Positions 55,436-56,037 of a stretch of DNA of 56,037 nt are shown here, piece after piece. Position 1 is the first letter of the stretch; the number at the start of each line of letters is the position of its first letter. The stretch is from a virus (lineage: Duplodnaviria; Caudoviricetes), in IMG/VR virus record IMGVR_UViG_3300024998_000001, positions 1 to 56,037 of that record; one strand, written 5' to 3'. The position numbers and the translations under genes were made by a program. The notes under the pieces are model-generated. The model had not been told where the DNA came from, did not search any database, and saw only the letters and a list, made by a program, of their open reading frames with translations.

Positions 55436-55466
55436 GCCCGCTCACCTCACGGTGGGCGGGTTTTCT
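55436..55466 (+). terminator. Second intrinsic terminator
   Basis: gcccgctcacc / ggtgggcgggt followed by tttct. Confidence 0.7.
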
Positions 55467-55481
55467 GTTATATGGGGACGC

Positions 55482-55754
55482 CTACAGCGCGTCCTTTGGC
55501 ATCTCCTGCCAGCCCTTCTGCATGTTCTCCCAGCTCGGCACGGTGAAGGTGGGATTGTTCTTGCTGCACTTGCTGCACACAAGCGCGCGCTGTGCCCGGC
55601 TGTAGGTGGCGTCAGGTCCTAGCTTTGTAATCAACGTGGCGATGCGCGCGGCGCGCGGAGAGCGGCGGCACTTATTGCAATGAACCCAAATCCACCGGCT
55701 GTTGAGAGCCATCTGGGCGAGTGTGATTTCGGGTTCAGCGTCGCGTTTGCGCAT
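55482..55754 (-). CDS. Small zinc-ribbon protein, predicted SOS-regulated
   Basis: CNKC...LI...GPD......L.CSKC; the ATG at 55754 directly follows a LexA box. Confidence 0.7.
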   Translation of the reverse strand: MRKRDAEPEITLAQMALNSRWIWVHCNKCRRSPRAARIATLITKLGPDATYSRAQRALVCSKCSKNNPTFTVPSWENMQKGWQEMPKDAL

Positions 55755-55756
55755 GA

Positions 55757-55771
55757 GAACGAGAGAAGAAC
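55757..55771. promoter_or_regulatory. Alphaproteobacterial LexA (SOS) box
   Basis: GAAC-gagagaa-GAAC (GTTC-N7-GTTC on the minus strand), 2 nt upstream of the ATG. Confidence 0.75.
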
Positions 55772-55910
55772 AAACGTCCGGCAGAGTCCAGCCGCTACAT
55801 GTTGTGGACGAGGCCATTCTCAACATTTAGCACTGTATATTCTAACCGATTGAATCTGCTCAGGCGGTTTTTGAGGACGATTGCTATAAGTCTTTGATCT
55901 GCAATCTGCG

Positions 55911-55940
55911 CCGCTGTCCTACCGTTAGACGATCCCCCAA
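55911..55940. repeat. Right attachment core (5' fragment of tRNA-Gln)
   Basis: Exact copy of 167-196. Confidence 0.95.
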
Positions 55941-55965
55941 AACTTCCATTCGGGTCAGGGGCGCC

Positions 55966-55994
55966 GGTTTAGCGAACCGGCCAGCCGCTTTCAA
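55966..55994 (-). promoter_or_regulatory. Native host tRNA-Gln promoter, now facing into the prophage
   Basis: Minus strand TTGAAA-17-TAAACC followed by a GC-rich discriminator ggcgcccc, about 25 nt upstream of the tRNA 5' fragment. Confidence 0.65.
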
Positions 55995-56037
55995 GCGCGG
56001 CCATAGGGTGTTCCGTGCCCGGCGGCACCCTGTGCTA

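Larger units (their letters stand above)
167..55940. mobile_element. Apparently complete temperate prophage (podovirus-like, lambdoid regulation) integrated at tRNA-Gln
   Basis: Bounded by att repeats. Integrase sits next to att, and immunity, replication, terminase, portal, capsid, tail, ejection and lysis modules are present. No tape-measure or sheath gene was recognised. Confidence 0.95.

Noticed and set aside
1-56037. CRISPR array, retron or diversity-generating retroelement
   Set aside because: No regularly spaced repeats, no reverse-transcriptase motifs, and no TR/VR pair noticed by eye near the fibre genes.

Overview
The window is essentially one apparently complete ~55.8 kb temperate prophage with podovirus-like (P22-type) structural genes. 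It lies between 30-bp direct repeats (167-196 and 55911-55940) at a tRNA-Gln(CUG) gene. The host is probably an alphaproteobacterium, judged from a GAAC-N7-GAAC LexA box, a TTAA-N7-TTAAC CtrA box and a GapR-like gene. Layout from left to right: integrase/xis and a leftward early operon (Mom-like XF1762, DUF5131 radical SAM, HerA-like ATPase, ExoX, SMC-like ATPase, Sak4, RecE); a cargo island between PL and cI (DUF3800 with a long RNA hairpin, a PemK-like TA pair, two cI-coupled genes); the cI/cro switch; replication genes and a NusG-type antiterminator; packaging, head, tail and ejection genes; fibre/decoration genes; a non-canonical lysis cassette; and a terminal accessory region. Four observations stand out. 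(1) A ~194-nt tRNA-shaped ncRNA with a 7-bp acceptor stem, encoded ACCA end, greatly expanded arms, and its own promoter and terminators. (2) The att core duplicates the 5' half of the tRNA, separating the intact tRNA from its native promoter. (3) Two virion-module proteins carry Sec signal peptides and paired cysteines. (4) A DUF3800 gene has an adjacent structured RNA. All family calls come from motif recognition by eye; no database searches or folding programs were run.
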